Positions 10,304 to 21,839 of a stretch of 64,000 nt of DNA are shown one piece after another (position 1 is the first letter of the stretch; the number at the start of each line of letters is the position of its first letter). Location of the stretch: assembly GCA_040878325.1 (NCBI GenBank), contig JBBDMM010000007.1, forward strand, positions 6,635 to 70,634, written 5' to 3'. A program made the translations under genes and the position numbers. The notes beneath the pieces were generated by a model, which worked only from the letters and a program-made list of their open reading frames with translations, ran no database searches and had not been told where the DNA came from. Origin of the DNA: Acidimicrobiia bacterium (GTDB taxonomy: Bacteria > Actinomycetota > Acidimicrobiia > Spongiisociales > UBA11373).

Positions 10304-10870
10304 ATGGAACAACAGCCACGAACATCACCCGAAGCCGAACCCGAGATCCGTCCCCGCATCTACGTGGCGTCGCTCAGCGACTACAACGCCGGACGCCTCT
10401 ACGGGACCTGGATCGACGCCACCCAGGAACCCGAAGACATCCACCAAGCGGTACAGCGGATGCTCGCCGCCAGCCCACAGCTCTTCGCCGAAGAGTGGGC
10501 CATCCACGACTACGAAGGATTCGGCTACGCCCGCATCCACGAGTACTCGCAATTCGACACCGTCTCACGCATCGCCCAGGGCATCGAAGCCCACGGCGAC
10601 GCCTTCAGCGCCTGGGTCGCCTACAGCGGAGACGAGTCCGAGGAGAACCTCGACAAGTTCGAGGAGGCGTACCTCGGACGCTGGGACAGTCTCCGCGACT
10701 ACGCCGAGCAACTCGCCGAAGACACCGGACTCACCGAAGACATCATCCCCAAAGAGCACCGCGCCTACATCAGCATCGACATCGACCGGCTCATCCGCGA
10801 CCTCGAAATGGACCTCGTCGTCGCCAAAGCCGCAGACGGAGGAATCCATGTCTTCAACCCCTACGTCTGA
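10304..10870 (+). CDS. ardA: Antirestriction protein ArdA
   Basis: IYVASLSDYNAGRLYGTWIDAT and WAIHDYEGFGY match the ArdA signature (compare Tn916 ArdA VYIANLGKYNEGELVGAWF / YAIHDYE). Acidic, DNA-mimic composition. Confidence 0.85.
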   Translation: MEQQPRTSPEAEPEIRPRIYVASLSDYNAGRLYGTWIDATQEPEDIHQAVQRMLAASPQLFAEEWAIHDYEGFGYARIHEYSQFDTVSRIAQGIEAHGDAFSAWVAYSGDESEENLDKFEEAYLGRWDSLRDYAEQLAEDTGLTEDIIPKEHRAYISIDIDRLIRDLEMDLVVAKAADGGIHVFNPYV

Positions 10871-11771
10871 GCCACGCAACCGGCTCCTCATCGGCGACGC
10901 TCGCACCACCCTCCAGACCCTTCCCAGCGGCTCAGTCGACTGCGTCGTCACCTCACCGCCGTACTACCAACTCCGTGACTACGGCCAGAAGGATCAGATC
11001 GGCCACGAACCCGATGTCCACGGCTGGGTCGCCAACCTCGTCGCGGTCTTCGATGAGATCCAGCGAGTCATCAAGCCCACCGGCACCGTCTGGCTCAACC
11101 TCGCCGACACCTACTCCCAGCACCACAGGCAGGGCAGTCGCCGCAAGAGCCTCCTCTTCGGACCCGAGCGGCTTCTGCTCGCCCTCGCCGCCCACGGATG
11201 GATCGTCCGCAACAAGATCATCTGGTCCAAGACCAACCCGATGCCCCACTCGGTGCGCGACCGACTCAGCGGCACCTGGGAGTACATCTATCTGCTCACC
11301 GCCACCGAGAAGGGCTACTGGTTCGATCTCGATGCGATTCGCATCCCGCACCTCACCAAACCGCCGAAGCCGTCACGGTCGCTCCGCACCTGGGATGGCT
11401 CCTACGGCGGCAGCCATGACGGAATCACCAAGCTCAAACGAGCCGGTCGGATCGGCCACCCGCTCGGCAAGAACCCCGGCGATGTGTGGCGTTTCGCCAA
11501 GGCCGCGCACCGAGGCAGACACTCGGCCACGTTCCCAGAGCGGCTGATCGAGGCCCCGATCCTCGCCGGATGCCCGCCGACTACCTGCAGCCGCTGCGGC
11601 GCTCCCAACTGCGGGCACGACGCTCCCAGGGTGCCCGGTCTGGTGCTCGATCCATTCATCGGTACCGGTACCACCGCCCACGTCGCCAGACGCCTCGGCC
11701 GCGACTGGGTCGGAATCGACCTCACCGATGAGCACTTCACATTTCCCGACGTGTACAGGGAGGCTGCATAG
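10848..11771 (+). CDS. Orphan DNA methyltransferase (N6-adenine/N4-cytosine, beta class)
   Basis: SPPY catalytic motif (VVTSPPYYQLRDY) followed by AdoMet FxGxG motif LDPFIGTGTT. Start overlaps the ardA 3' end. Confidence 0.75.
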   Translation: MSSTPTSEPRNRLLIGDARTTLQTLPSGSVDCVVTSPPYYQLRDYGQKDQIGHEPDVHGWVANLVAVFDEIQRVIKPTGTVWLNLADTYSQHHRQGSRRKSLLFGPERLLLALAAHGWIVRNKIIWSKTNPMPHSVRDRLSGTWEYIYLLTATEKGYWFDLDAIRIPHLTKPPKPSRSLRTWDGSYGGSHDGITKLKRAGRIGHPLGKNPGDVWRFAKAAHRGRHSATFPERLIEAPILAGCPPTTCSRCGAPNCGHDAPRVPGLVLDPFIGTGTTAHVARRLGRDWVGIDLTDEHFTFPDVYREAA

Positions 11772-11790
11772 ATGTTGTCGATTCCACCAT

Positions 11791-11806
11791 TGCGCGCCTC
11801 CGCGCA
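11791..11806. promoter_or_regulatory. Inverted repeat TGCGCG-cctc-CGCGCA (putative operator) upstream of the xre gene
   Basis: Perfect 6-bp arms with a 4-bp spacer, followed by a lower-GC stretch (ataaacggagaccaaatatatg) before the xre start. Confidence 0.3.
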
Positions 11807-11844
11807 TCATGAGACTCTGGAGTGGATAAACGGAGACCAAATAT

Positions 11845-12204
11845 ATGAGCGACCCAGCGACCGCCTTGGGACGCACCATCCACGCCGCTCGACACGCCAA
11901 GGACCTCACCGCTTATGAGGTCGCCCACCGCACCGGCGGCGTCCACCGAGCCACCATCCAACGCATCGAATCAGGCGAGATCACCAGACCTCGACCCGAG
12001 ACGTTGCAGAGGCTCGCGCTGGTCCTCGACCTCGACCTCGACGACCTGCTTGCCCTGGCTGGATACGCCCAACTCGAAGACCTTCCCGGCTTCGAGCCAT
12101 ACCTGCGAGCCAAACACAGTGACTTCCCCGACGCGGCCATCGACCAGCTCGTCGAACACTTCAACCTCATCGCCGACAAGTACCGCCAACAGCACATCAA
12201 CTAA
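11845..12204 (+). CDS. XRE-family HTH transcriptional regulator (ImmR-like)
   Basis: 119 aa. HTH LTAYEVAHRTGGVHRATIQRIESGE. Confidence 0.75.
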   Translation: MSDPATALGRTIHAARHAKDLTAYEVAHRTGGVHRATIQRIESGEITRPRPETLQRLALVLDLDLDDLLALAGYAQLEDLPGFEPYLRAKHSDFPDAAIDQLVEHFNLIADKYRQQHIN

Positions 12205-12253
12205 CACCCGGTCAGCCCCTCCTCACGCGGGCGCGACCGCGAAAGGAGGAACC

Positions 12254-12840
12254 ATGATCATCACCACCCTGCAGGAACTCGTTCCCCGACGACGCCTGCA
12301 CTACCTCGAAGCACTCGCCGTCGCCGAGAAACAGGCACAACGCCTCCGCGGCCACCTCAGCATCGACTCAGCCGCCATCAGCGATCAGCAACTTCGGTCC
12401 ATTCCCGGAGTGGTCATCGAAGAAGTAGCCAGGCTCGGAGTCTCCGGCGCCACCCGCCAGGTCGGTGACCTGTGGATCGTTCTGCTCAACGCCGACGAGT
12501 CGCCGGTCCGCCGCCGCTTCACCGCCGCGCATGAGATCAAGCACATCCTCGACGACCAGGCCGTCAACCATCTCCGCAAAGCAGGCCCTGGCACCGCCCC
12601 CGACTGGCTCACCGAACGGATCTGCGACTACTTCGCTGCCTGCCTGCTGATGCCCCGAATCTGGGTCAAACGAGCCTGGGGCAGCAACGCTCAGGACGAG
12701 GCCACGCTCGCCAAGATGTTCAACGTCTCCCTCGACGCCGCCCGCATCCGCCTCCAACAAGTCGGTCTCACCGACGCACCCAAGAGGTGCCACGGGTACA
12801 CCCGTGATGTGATACCCCTTCCAACACGAACGGCAGCAGC

Positions 12841-12844
<4 letters not shown>
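12254..12844 (+). CDS. ImmA/IrrE-family metallopeptidase (anti-repressor protease)
   Basis: HExxH motif AAHEIKH. RBS GAAAGGAGGA before the ATG. Paired with the XRE regulator as in ICEBs1 ImmR/ImmA. Confidence 0.7.
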
Positions 12845-14599
<1,755 letters not shown>

Positions 14600-14645
14600 A
14601 CCGAACGGGAGTGTACGTGCGACGAGGGCTGCGGGCTGCCGACGG

Positions 14646-15068
14646 CTACTTGCCACTCCGGCTGATCCCGGCTTCCTTGAGGAGGGCGGCTGGTACTCCG
14701 GCTTCCCGCCATGCGGCGTAGGAGATGCCCTTCCGCTTCGAGTAGGACTTGGCGTTCTTGGCGAAGGCCTTCTCGAGGTCGGCCAGATCGGCGGAGGACG
14801 ACGCCCTCGCGAGAGCCTGCTCGGCATCGATTCGCGCCTGCCGCAAGTCGACAGCCCTCAGCGGGTCGGTCGCAGAGGCGATTCGCTCCTCGAGGTCGCC
14901 GATCCGATTCTTCAGAGTGACCGGTGTCACCGGGCGTCCAGGACGCCGGCTCTTCAAACCCTCGAGATACTGCTTGATCGCCCGCGACTCGCGACGACCC
15001 TTGGCGAGAGCCGCTTTGTGTTCATCGGACATCGGCATGAGTTGCGTTCCTTCCAAAGTGAGTGCCAC
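14646..15068 (-). CDS. Hypothetical protein (about 130-140 aa, charged and Ala-rich)
   Basis: ORF with alternative start at 15038 (MPMSDEHKAAL). No recognisable motif. Confidence 0.45.
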   Translation of the reverse strand: MALTLEGTQLMPMSDEHKAALAKGRRESRAIKQYLEGLKSRRPGRPVTPVTLKNRIGDLEERIASATDPLRAVDLRQARIDAEQALARASSSADLADLEKAFAKNAKSYSKRKGISYAAWREAGVPAALLKEAGISRSGK

Positions 15069-15298
15069 TCGAACCCACAGATTACGAGAGTCATCATTCT
15101 ATGGCTAGATCGATATTCACTGTTTATTGCCGGTTTCTTACAGGGCAAACCCCGAGTCCAATCACCGTCCATTCGCTCACCGCCCTTGGCCGACAGAACT
15201 CAGCCGCTCGGTCAGCGGCGATGACGGTCCCGCCGCACCACTAGTTTGCCATCCGGTACCTCGGGTATGTCATGGGCAACGGCAAGAGGAGATGACAC

Positions 15299-15442
15299 AT
15301 GGTGGTGATCGCGATTCTGCTTCTCGCGCTCTTGTTGGGCGGCGTCGGGATATTCGTCGCGGCGCTTCGTTGGCTGCTGATCATCGCGTTGGTGCTCTTC
15401 ATCGTCGGCGCGCTCACTGGCTACTCGCGTCGGACCCGGTAG
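15299..15442 (+). CDS. Tiny hydrophobic membrane protein (47 aa)
   Basis: RBS AAGAGGAGA then ATG. MVVIAILLLALLLGGVGIFVAALRWLLIIALVLFIVGALTGYSRRTR. Confidence 0.3.
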   Translation: MVVIAILLLALLLGGVGIFVAALRWLLIIALVLFIVGALTGYSRRTR

Positions 15443-15580
15443 GGCGGAGCGGCGGAGCCGTACTGTTGGTGTGACGGCACCCAGCACTTGCCCCGCACTC
15501 CGGCACCGGGCCATGGTCTTCTGACCTGACTCGTACCGGATCGGGGTGCTTCACTTGAGCATCGACGGTGGTGGTCGTGC

Positions 15581-15628
15581 TCTTGGTCTAACTCGAACGG
15601 TGACTCTTGGTCTAACTCGAACGGTGAA
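15581..15628. repeat. Perfect 24-bp tandem duplication (ctcttggtctaactcgaacggtga x2) in the antiporter 5' region
   Basis: Read directly in the sequence. Lies 38 bp upstream of the CPA2 antiporter start. Confidence 0.9.
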
Positions 15629-15666
15629 GGGCTGCTGGCGCTGGTCACCGGCTACCGTCTCGGCCC

Positions 15667-17469
15667 ATGCCCAGCGCATTCCTCGCCGCAGGCCCGGGAC
15701 TCCCGGAACTCATCCTCGACATCGGACTCGCCCTGGTGGGAGCCGGGTTCCTCGCCATCCTGTTCACCCGCATCCGCATCCCCACCGTGGCGGCATTCCT
15801 GCTCGCCGGGGTGCTGCTCGGGCCGGTCGGCGGGGTGATCTCGGACGAGGGGGCCATCGACACCATCGCCCAACTCGGACTCATTCTCCTGCTGTTTCTG
15901 ATCGGACTCGAGATCGACATGCGCTCCCTGGTGGCGAGTGGGCGCACCGTGCTGATGTCCGGCATCCTCCAATTCCCGGTGACCGTGATCTTCGGCCTTC
16001 TGGCCGCCCAGGGTCTCGTCCTCATCGGGGTGGGCAGCGGTGTGATCGGGGGCGAGTACGGAGCCCTCTATGTGGGCCTGGCGATCGCAGCGTCGTCGAC
16101 CCTGCTGGTGGTCGCCCTGCTCCAGCAGTCGTTCACACTCGACACCGTCAGCGGACGCATGGCGATCGCGCTCCTCATCTTCCAGGACGTGTGGGCGATC
16201 ATCGTCCTCGCGCTCCAGCCGAACCTCGATAGCCCGCGGATCGGCCCGATCGCTGCATCGCTGGCGGGTATCGCCCTCCTCGGGGTGGTCGCCGCCGTCG
16301 TGGCTCGCACCGCGCTGAACCGCGGCCTCTCCTGGGTGGCGAAGCAACCTGCCACCGTCCTGGTCGCCTCCCTCGCATGGTGTTTCGGCGTCGTCATCGC
16401 CGGAATCCACATCGACGAAGGCCTCTCACGGGCATTCGACATCTCGCCCGGGCTATCGGTGAGTGCGGGCATGGGGGCGATGATCGCGGGCACCACGATT
16501 GCCAGCCTGCCATTCGCCATCGAGATCACACGCCAGGTGTCGGTCGTCCGGGACTTCTTCGTCACCCTGTTCTTCGTGGGCATCGGGATGACCATCCCCG
16601 CGCCCGACGAGCTGGCCATCGTCGTGCTCGCGGTGCTCCTGGCCGCCCTCGCCATCGCGTCGCGGTTCCTGGTCATGCTTCCCCTGCTCTACGCGAGCGG
16701 CCTCGATCGCCGCAACGCCACGCTCACCTCCACCAAGCTCGCCCCGATCTCCGAGTTCGGGCTTGTTATCGCCTTCATCGGCCTGCAACTGGGCCACATC
16801 GACGCCAAGGTGAGCGCCGTGATCGTGCTCGCATTTGTGATCACCGCGGTGTTGAGTCCGTGGCTCTTCGCTCGTTCCGACAAGGTGTACGACGCGCTCG
16901 CCCCGCTCCTCGATCGGCTGGGCCTCAAGCAGCCAACCTCGGGGCCGGGCGGTTCGGCTGAGGCATATGACCTCGCGCTCCTCGGTCTGCACCGCACTGG
17001 ATCTTCACTGCTTGCCGAACTGCACGCCACCGAGCCGGAGCTGCTCCACCGAAGCCTCGTGATCGACTTCAACGTCTCGATTCACGAACAGATCGCTGCA
17101 CTCGGGCCCCATGTCGTGTACGGAGACTTCACCATTCCGGAGACGCTGCAACACGCAGGGGTCGACCGGGCCCGGGTGGTGCTCTGCACGATTCCTGGAG
17201 ACATCCTGGTCTCGACCTCGCCTCAGCGACTGGTCAAGACGATTCGCGAGTTGTGCCCCGACTCGACGCTCATCTTCACCGCCACCACCTTCCCTGAGGC
17301 CCGGTCGCTGTACGCCGCCGGGGCAGACTTCGTGCTCATCCCCCGGGTGGACGCCGCCCAGTCGGCGCTGAACGCGGTCCGGGCAGCCCTCAACGGCAAG
17401 ATCGGAGACCTGCGCGCCGATTCGGACGCCCGCTTCGAGGGGTCTGACCGGCGCGAAGCGCTCGAGTGA
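15667..17469 (+). CDS. Cation:proton antiporter, CPA2 family (KefB-like) with C-terminal RCK/TrkA-N domain
   Basis: 600 aa, about 12 TM helices then a soluble Rossmann-like domain. Confidence 0.85.
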   Translation: MPSAFLAAGPGLPELILDIGLALVGAGFLAILFTRIRIPTVAAFLLAGVLLGPVGGVISDEGAIDTIAQLGLILLLFLIGLEIDMRSLVASGRTVLMSGILQFPVTVIFGLLAAQGLVLIGVGSGVIGGEYGALYVGLAIAASSTLLVVALLQQSFTLDTVSGRMAIALLIFQDVWAIIVLALQPNLDSPRIGPIAASLAGIALLGVVAAVVARTALNRGLSWVAKQPATVLVASLAWCFGVVIAGIHIDEGLSRAFDISPGLSVSAGMGAMIAGTTIASLPFAIEITRQVSVVRDFFVTLFFVGIGMTIPAPDELAIVVLAVLLAALAIASRFLVMLPLLYASGLDRRNATLTSTKLAPISEFGLVIAFIGLQLGHIDAKVSAVIVLAFVITAVLSPWLFARSDKVYDALAPLLDRLGLKQPTSGPGGSAEAYDLALLGLHRTGSSLLAELHATEPELLHRSLVIDFNVSIHEQIAALGPHVVYGDFTIPETLQHAGVDRARVVLCTIPGDILVSTSPQRLVKTIRELCPDSTLIFTATTFPEARSLYAAGADFVLIPRVDAAQSALNAVRAALNGKIGDLRADSDARFEGSDRREALE

Positions 17470-17530
17470 CCGACCAGGGGCTGCGACTCCTACAATCCGG
17501 GCGCCAGGAGGTTCCGTCATCCGCTACGCC

Positions 17531-18127
17531 ATGCTCGCCTTGCTCGCCGTCGTGCTTGTCGCCTGTGGCGACGATTCGTCGGAGCACGCTGCGCAGCTGC
17601 ACCCGCTCAGCGGCGCGGTCGAAGTGGAGATCGACGGGGTGATCCATCCCGTCGACGAGGATCACCCCCTCGAGGTCGGCTACACGGTGCGCACCGGCCC
17701 GACGGGGCGCGCCGAGATCCTCTGGCCCGACGGAAGCGTCACCCGGCTCGACTACCTCACCGTGTTCTCCATCGTCGAGATCGGCGATAGCCCGAGCACG
17801 GTCAGAGGGCGCCAGACCGCCGGCAACACCTAAAGCCGGGTGGTCGACTTCACCGAGGCAGGCAGCCGGTTCGAGATCGACACGCCCTCAGCGGTGGCGT
17901 CGGTCCAGGGCACTGCCGTGTTGATCGACCCGAGCGAGTTCACCACGGTGGTGGTGGTCGACCGGACGGTCCTGGTCACCACCCCGGGCGGTGAGGCGAC
18001 CGTGGCGGCCGGGTTCAGCCTTACGGTCGGCCCCCCCGAGGTGTCGACCGGCCCGATCGGCGACCCCGAACCCACCCCGACCGAAGTGCTCGAGAGCGAC
18101 TGGATCGCATTCAACACAGAAGGGTGA
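17531..18127 (+). pseudogene. FecR-domain lipoprotein gene interrupted by an in-frame TAA at 17831-17833
   Basis: Lipoprotein signal MLALLAVVLVACGDD. The two listed ORFs (17531-17833 and 17840-18127) are in the same frame. The FecR-type motif (AEILWPDGSVTRLDYLTV ... VASVQGTAVLID) spans the stop. Confidence 0.55.
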
Positions 18128-18150
18128 GCGCCGGGAGGGAAAGACGCAAG

Positions 18151-18222
18151 CTCCGGGGGGGAGATTCGAACTCCCAACAAACGGATTAACAGTCCGCTGC
18201 TCTGCCGTTGAGCTACCCCGGA
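18151..18222 (-). tRNA. tRNA-Asn (anticodon GTT), no encoded CCA
   Basis: Reverse complement tccggggtagctcaacggcagagcagcggactGTTaatccgtttgttgggagttcgaatctccccccggag gives a cloverleaf. Confidence 0.8.
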
Positions 18223-18406
18223 AGGGACGGCCGGGAAGGGTACCACCGGGCCTGGGCGACTCTTTCCCCACGGTTTCCGGCCCCGCAGGCCCGGGTATCA
18301 CCTCCGGTAACATTTGCAGTTGGAGTCCACTCCGACCACCCTGATGAGGTAGCTCACGGCAAGTCGGTACTCGCCGTGAACCGATTCAGCTAGAGGGACA
18401 ATCACA

Positions 18407-18730
18407 ATGGCAGAACCAACGAAGCTCATAGTCTGGATCGACCAGGACCTCTGCACCGGTGACGGGATCTGCGAGGAGATCGCCCCCGACGTGTTCGTCG
18501 GACGCGAGGACGGGCTCTGGGTCGTGAAGGAAGAGGCCCGGCACTTCGGCAAGACGATCGTGTTCGACGCCAAGGAAGGCGATGGCCACGGCCCCGACGG
18601 TTCCCGCGGGGTCGCCCGGATACCCGACTCGCAGACCGACATCGCCATCGAGGCCGCCGAGGAGTGCCCCGGCGAGTGCATCATGATCGAGCCCTACGAC
18701 GCCGCGTCGATCGACGGTCGCGGGGTCTAG
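18407..18730 (+). CDS. Ferredoxin (single [3Fe-4S]/[4Fe-4S] cluster type)
   Basis: CTGDGICEEIAP ... CPGEC cysteine pattern. Confidence 0.75.
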   Translation: MAEPTKLIVWIDQDLCTGDGICEEIAPDVFVGREDGLWVVKEEARHFGKTIVFDAKEGDGHGPDGSRGVARIPDSQTDIAIEAAEECPGECIMIEPYDAASIDGRGV

Positions 18731-18732
18731 CG

Positions 18733-19869
18733 CTACGAGTCGCCCAGGTAGTCCTTGAGACGCCCGGCGCGTGATGGTTGACGCAGCTTGGCGAGGGCCT
18801 TCGTCTCCAACTGGCGCACCCGCTCCCGGGTCACCTTGAAGTGCTTCCCCACCTCTTCGAGAGTGTGAATGTTGCCGTCGGCAAGCCCGAACCTCATCAG
18901 CAGCACCTGCCGCTCCCGATCGGAGAGCTCCTCGAGGACTATGCGGAGATAATCCTGCAACAAGCGGAACGAGGCCGCCGCCACCGGCGCTTCGGCATCG
19001 TGGTCCTGGACGAAGTCGCCGAGAGTCGAGTCGTCCTCCTCGCCCAGCGGCGACTCGAGCGACAGCGGGTCCTGGGCGATCCGCCGTAGCTCGGTGATCT
19101 TTTCGGGCTCGAGCTCGAGGTCGCTGGCGATCTCGGCGATGGTCGGCTCGCGACCCAGCTCCTGGCTCAGGGTCCGTTGCACCGCGGCCAGCTTGTTGAT
19201 GGTCTCCACCATGTGCACCGGCACCCGAATCGTGCGGCCCTGATCGGCGAGTGCCCGGGTCACCGACTGCCGGATCCACCATGAGGCGTATGTCGAGAAC
19301 TTGAAGCCCTTGCGGTAGTCGAACTTCTCGACCGCCCGCATCAGGCCGAGATTGCCCTCCTGGATCAGGTCGAGGAGGGGCATTCCCCGGCCGACGTACT
19401 TCTTGGCAATCGAGACGACGAGGCGGAGGTTCGCCTCGACGAGACGCTGTTGGGCTCGCTCGCCGAACCGGGCGGCCCGGTCGAGAATCGCCCGCTCGGC
19501 GACGCCGATCGGCTCCTCGATGTGGGACAGCTTCTCTTTGGCCCTCAGCCCGGATTCCATCTGCATCGACAGCTCCACCTCCTGCTGGGTATCGAGCAGG
19601 GGCACCCGACCGATCTCCTGGAGGTACATCCTGACGGGATCGCTCACTTCGATCTCGTCGTCCACCTGGACCAGATCGAAGACGGCCTCAGGGGTGTCCT
19701 CGCGTATCTCCACCCCGCCGGAGCGCAGCGCCTCCAACACACGATCGAACGCGTCGGGCGGAGCCTCGGCGTCCTCCAGCTCCTGCTGCACCTCCATCAT
19801 CATCAAGAAGCCGCGTTGGCGGGCGCGCGCCAGCAGGTCTTCGAGTACCAGATCTGCCGGTGTGGTCAT
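18733..19869 (-). CDS. rpoD: RNA polymerase principal sigma factor (sigma-70 family, group 1)
   Basis: Regions 1.1-4 present. [48 protein letters not shown]. Lies directly downstream of dnaG with a 4-nt overlap. Confidence 0.85.
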   Translation of the reverse strand: MTTPADLVLEDLLARARQRGFLMMMEVQQELEDAEAPPDAFDRVLEALRSGGVEIREDTPEAVFDLVQVDDEIEVSDPVRMYLQEIGRVPLLDTQQEVELSMQMESGLRAKEKLSHIEEPIGVAERAILDRAARFGERAQQRLVEANLRLVVSIAKKYVGRGMPLLDLIQEGNLGLMRAVEKFDYRKGFKFSTYASWWIRQSVTRALADQGRTIRVPVHMVETINKLAAVQRTLSQELGREPTIAEIASDLELEPEKITELRRIAQDPLSLESPLGEEDDSTLGDFVQDHDAEAPVAAASFRLLQDYLRIVLEELSDRERQVLLMRFGLADGNIHTLEEVGKHFKVTRERVRQLETKALAKLRQPSRAGRLKDYLGDS

Positions 19870-21638
19870 TCATGGCTCCAGAGATCGCGGCGCTGCTTTT
19901 CCAAAGCTATCAACTCCCTGAAGGCGACCGAATACGCCTCTGGCTCTGTGTCGGCATCGAGCGAGCCCACCTGAAACTGCAGTTCGCGGAGGCGGCCCTC
20001 CAGCGCGCCCACCTGCACCTTCTTGACGACTTCCGCCGCATCGGGCAGCGGGCGGCCATCGAGGGCCAAACGACCGAGCATTTCGCCGATGGCCGGATCG
20101 GCGCCGCCCACCAATGAACCGAGGTCGGGGGGTTCCCCCGGTTCCATCGCCTCGAGCGTCGGGGCGATCACGTCATACGCGGCGAGGTGCTCCGGCACCG
20201 AGAGAAGAGTCGACCAGTCGATCCCCCGCACATCCGGATGGTTCGCCAACAGAAGGCGCAGCACCTCGACCTCCGCCTTCTCGGACCCGGTCTGGGATCG
20301 GGCCACCGCGTTGGACCGTGCCGGGGACCCTCCCTGTTGATTGAGCAGTTGGCGCTGCTCCTCGACCAGGTCGATCACATCGTCCACCGAGTTGGTGATC
20401 ACCCGACTGGCGATGAATCCCGCCCCTTCCCGTCGCGACTGGCGATCCGGGTGCTGGGCGACGATCGCCGCCGCCGCCCGCACCGCCCGGGCCGCGGCCT
20501 GACGGTCGGCCTTGTATGCGAACTTGGCGATCTCGGCCTCGATCCGATATTCGATGAGCGAGGTGGATGTGTCGATCGACTTGCGGAGAGCATGGGCATC
20601 CCCCGAGAACACGACATCGGCCGGGTCCCTGCCCTCCGGCAATTCGGCGATGCGGAGGTCGAGGTCGCCGGGAGCCGACCGCTCCAGGCCGCGCAGGCTC
20701 GCACCGGCGCCTGCTTCATCCGCATCGAACATCAGCACGATCCGGTCGGTGAATCGTCGCAACAGGTCGAGGTGTTCCTCACCGAGCGCGGTCCCGCAGG
20801 TGGCGACCGCGATCGGCAACCCGGCCAGGTGCAGTGCGATCACGTCGGTGTAGCCCTCGACCACCACCACCTCGCTCCCTCTCACCACCTCACTCTTCGC
20901 CCAGTTGAGCCCGTACAGGAGGCGGGATTTGTGATAGATCGGTGTCTCTGGAGAGTTCAGGTACTTGGGGCCATCTCCTTCGAGCAGTCGAGCGCCGAAC
21001 CCCACGGCGTCACCCCGCACGTCGAAGATCGGGAACATGATCCGGCCTCTGAACCGGTCGAATATGCGGCCGGCACGACTCCGCAGCGCCAGGCCGGCCG
21101 ACACCATCACGTCCTCGGGCACCTTGGCGGCACGGAGATGGGCCACCAGCGCCTCACCGCTGGTCGGGCTGAAACCGATCGAGAACCGCTCCACCACGTC
21201 GGCGTCGTATCCCCTGCCCCGCAGGTAGGAGCGGGCAGTTCCTGCCTCCTGGCCCGCCTTCAGACGGGCGTGGTAGAAGTCCACCGCGGTGCTGGTGGCA
21301 TCCACCAGCACTTCGCGCCGATCGCGGCGCTTGGCCGCCTCGGGGTCACGCTCGAGCGTGATGTTCGACCGGCGGGCGAGCATCTCCACCGCGTCGGAGA
21401 AGTCGACCGTCTGGTTCTCCTGCACGAACCGGAAGACATCCCCGCTCGCCCCGCACCCGAAGCAGTGGTACAGCCCGCGGGACGGATCGACCGACATCGA
21501 GGCGGTCTTCTCCTGGTGGAAGGGGCACACCGCCATGACCGAGCGCCCGGCCCGCTTGACCTTGGTGACCTCGGCCACCAGCTCGACGAGGTCGGTGGCG
21601 TCACGAACGCGCTCGATGTCTTCCCGCCGGTAGGCCAC
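19866..21638 (-). CDS. dnaG: DNA primase DnaG
   Basis: Zn-finger [13 protein letters not shown]...CFGCG, TOPRIM domain. GTG start. Confidence 0.9.
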   Translation of the reverse strand: MAYRREDIERVRDATDLVELVAEVTKVKRAGRSVMAVCPFHQEKTASMSVDPSRGLYHCFGCGASGDVFRFVQENQTVDFSDAVEMLARRSNITLERDPEAAKRRDRREVLVDATSTAVDFYHARLKAGQEAGTARSYLRGRGYDADVVERFSIGFSPTSGEALVAHLRAAKVPEDVMVSAGLALRSRAGRIFDRFRGRIMFPIFDVRGDAVGFGARLLEGDGPKYLNSPETPIYHKSRLLYGLNWAKSEVVRGSEVVVVEGYTDVIALHLAGLPIAVATCGTALGEEHLDLLRRFTDRIVLMFDADEAGAGASLRGLERSAPGDLDLRIAELPEGRDPADVVFSGDAHALRKSIDTSTSLIEYRIEAEIAKFAYKADRQAAARAVRAAAAIVAQHPDRQSRREGAGFIASRVITNSVDDVIDLVEEQRQLLNQQGGSPARSNAVARSQTGSEKAEVEVLRLLLANHPDVRGIDWSTLLSVPEHLAAYDVIAPTLEAMEPGEPPDLGSLVGGADPAIGEMLGRLALDGRPLPDAAEVVKKVQVGALEGRLRELQFQVGSLDADTEPEAYSVAFRELIALEKQRRDLWSHE

Positions 21639-21685
21639 GCGAGGAGTGTAAGTGGTCCGCCGGTGCTGAGACAGGGACGGGATTC

Positions 21686-21838
21686 GCGAGGCGAGCGAGG
21701 CGCGATAAGCAATTCGCGAAGCGACGAACGAAGCAAGGATGCTCGCTTGGCTCGCCCGCTTGGGTGGCCCTTGTTTGGCTGAGGCTGGAGCTGTGGCTGG
21801 GCCGGTTCTCTGGCTGGAGCTGGAGCCGGGGCTGGCTC
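21686..21838. repeat. Degenerate heptamer-periodic tandem repeats in the dnaG upstream intergenic region
   Basis: gaggcga gcgaggc gcgataa gcaattc gcgaagc gacgaac gaagcaa, then ggctggagctgtggctgg...ggctggagctggagcc. Confidence 0.7.
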
Positions 21839-21839
21839 G

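Noticed and set aside
10072-11547. 491-aa Ser/Pro/Thr/Arg-rich ORF overlapping ardA and the methyltransferase
   Set aside because: It is an alternate frame of two well-supported genes and has no protein-like composition.
15546-16676. ORFs 15546-16232, 15652-16410, 16068-16676
   Set aside because: They are alternate or antisense frames of the CPA2 antiporter. The first also spans the tandem repeat.
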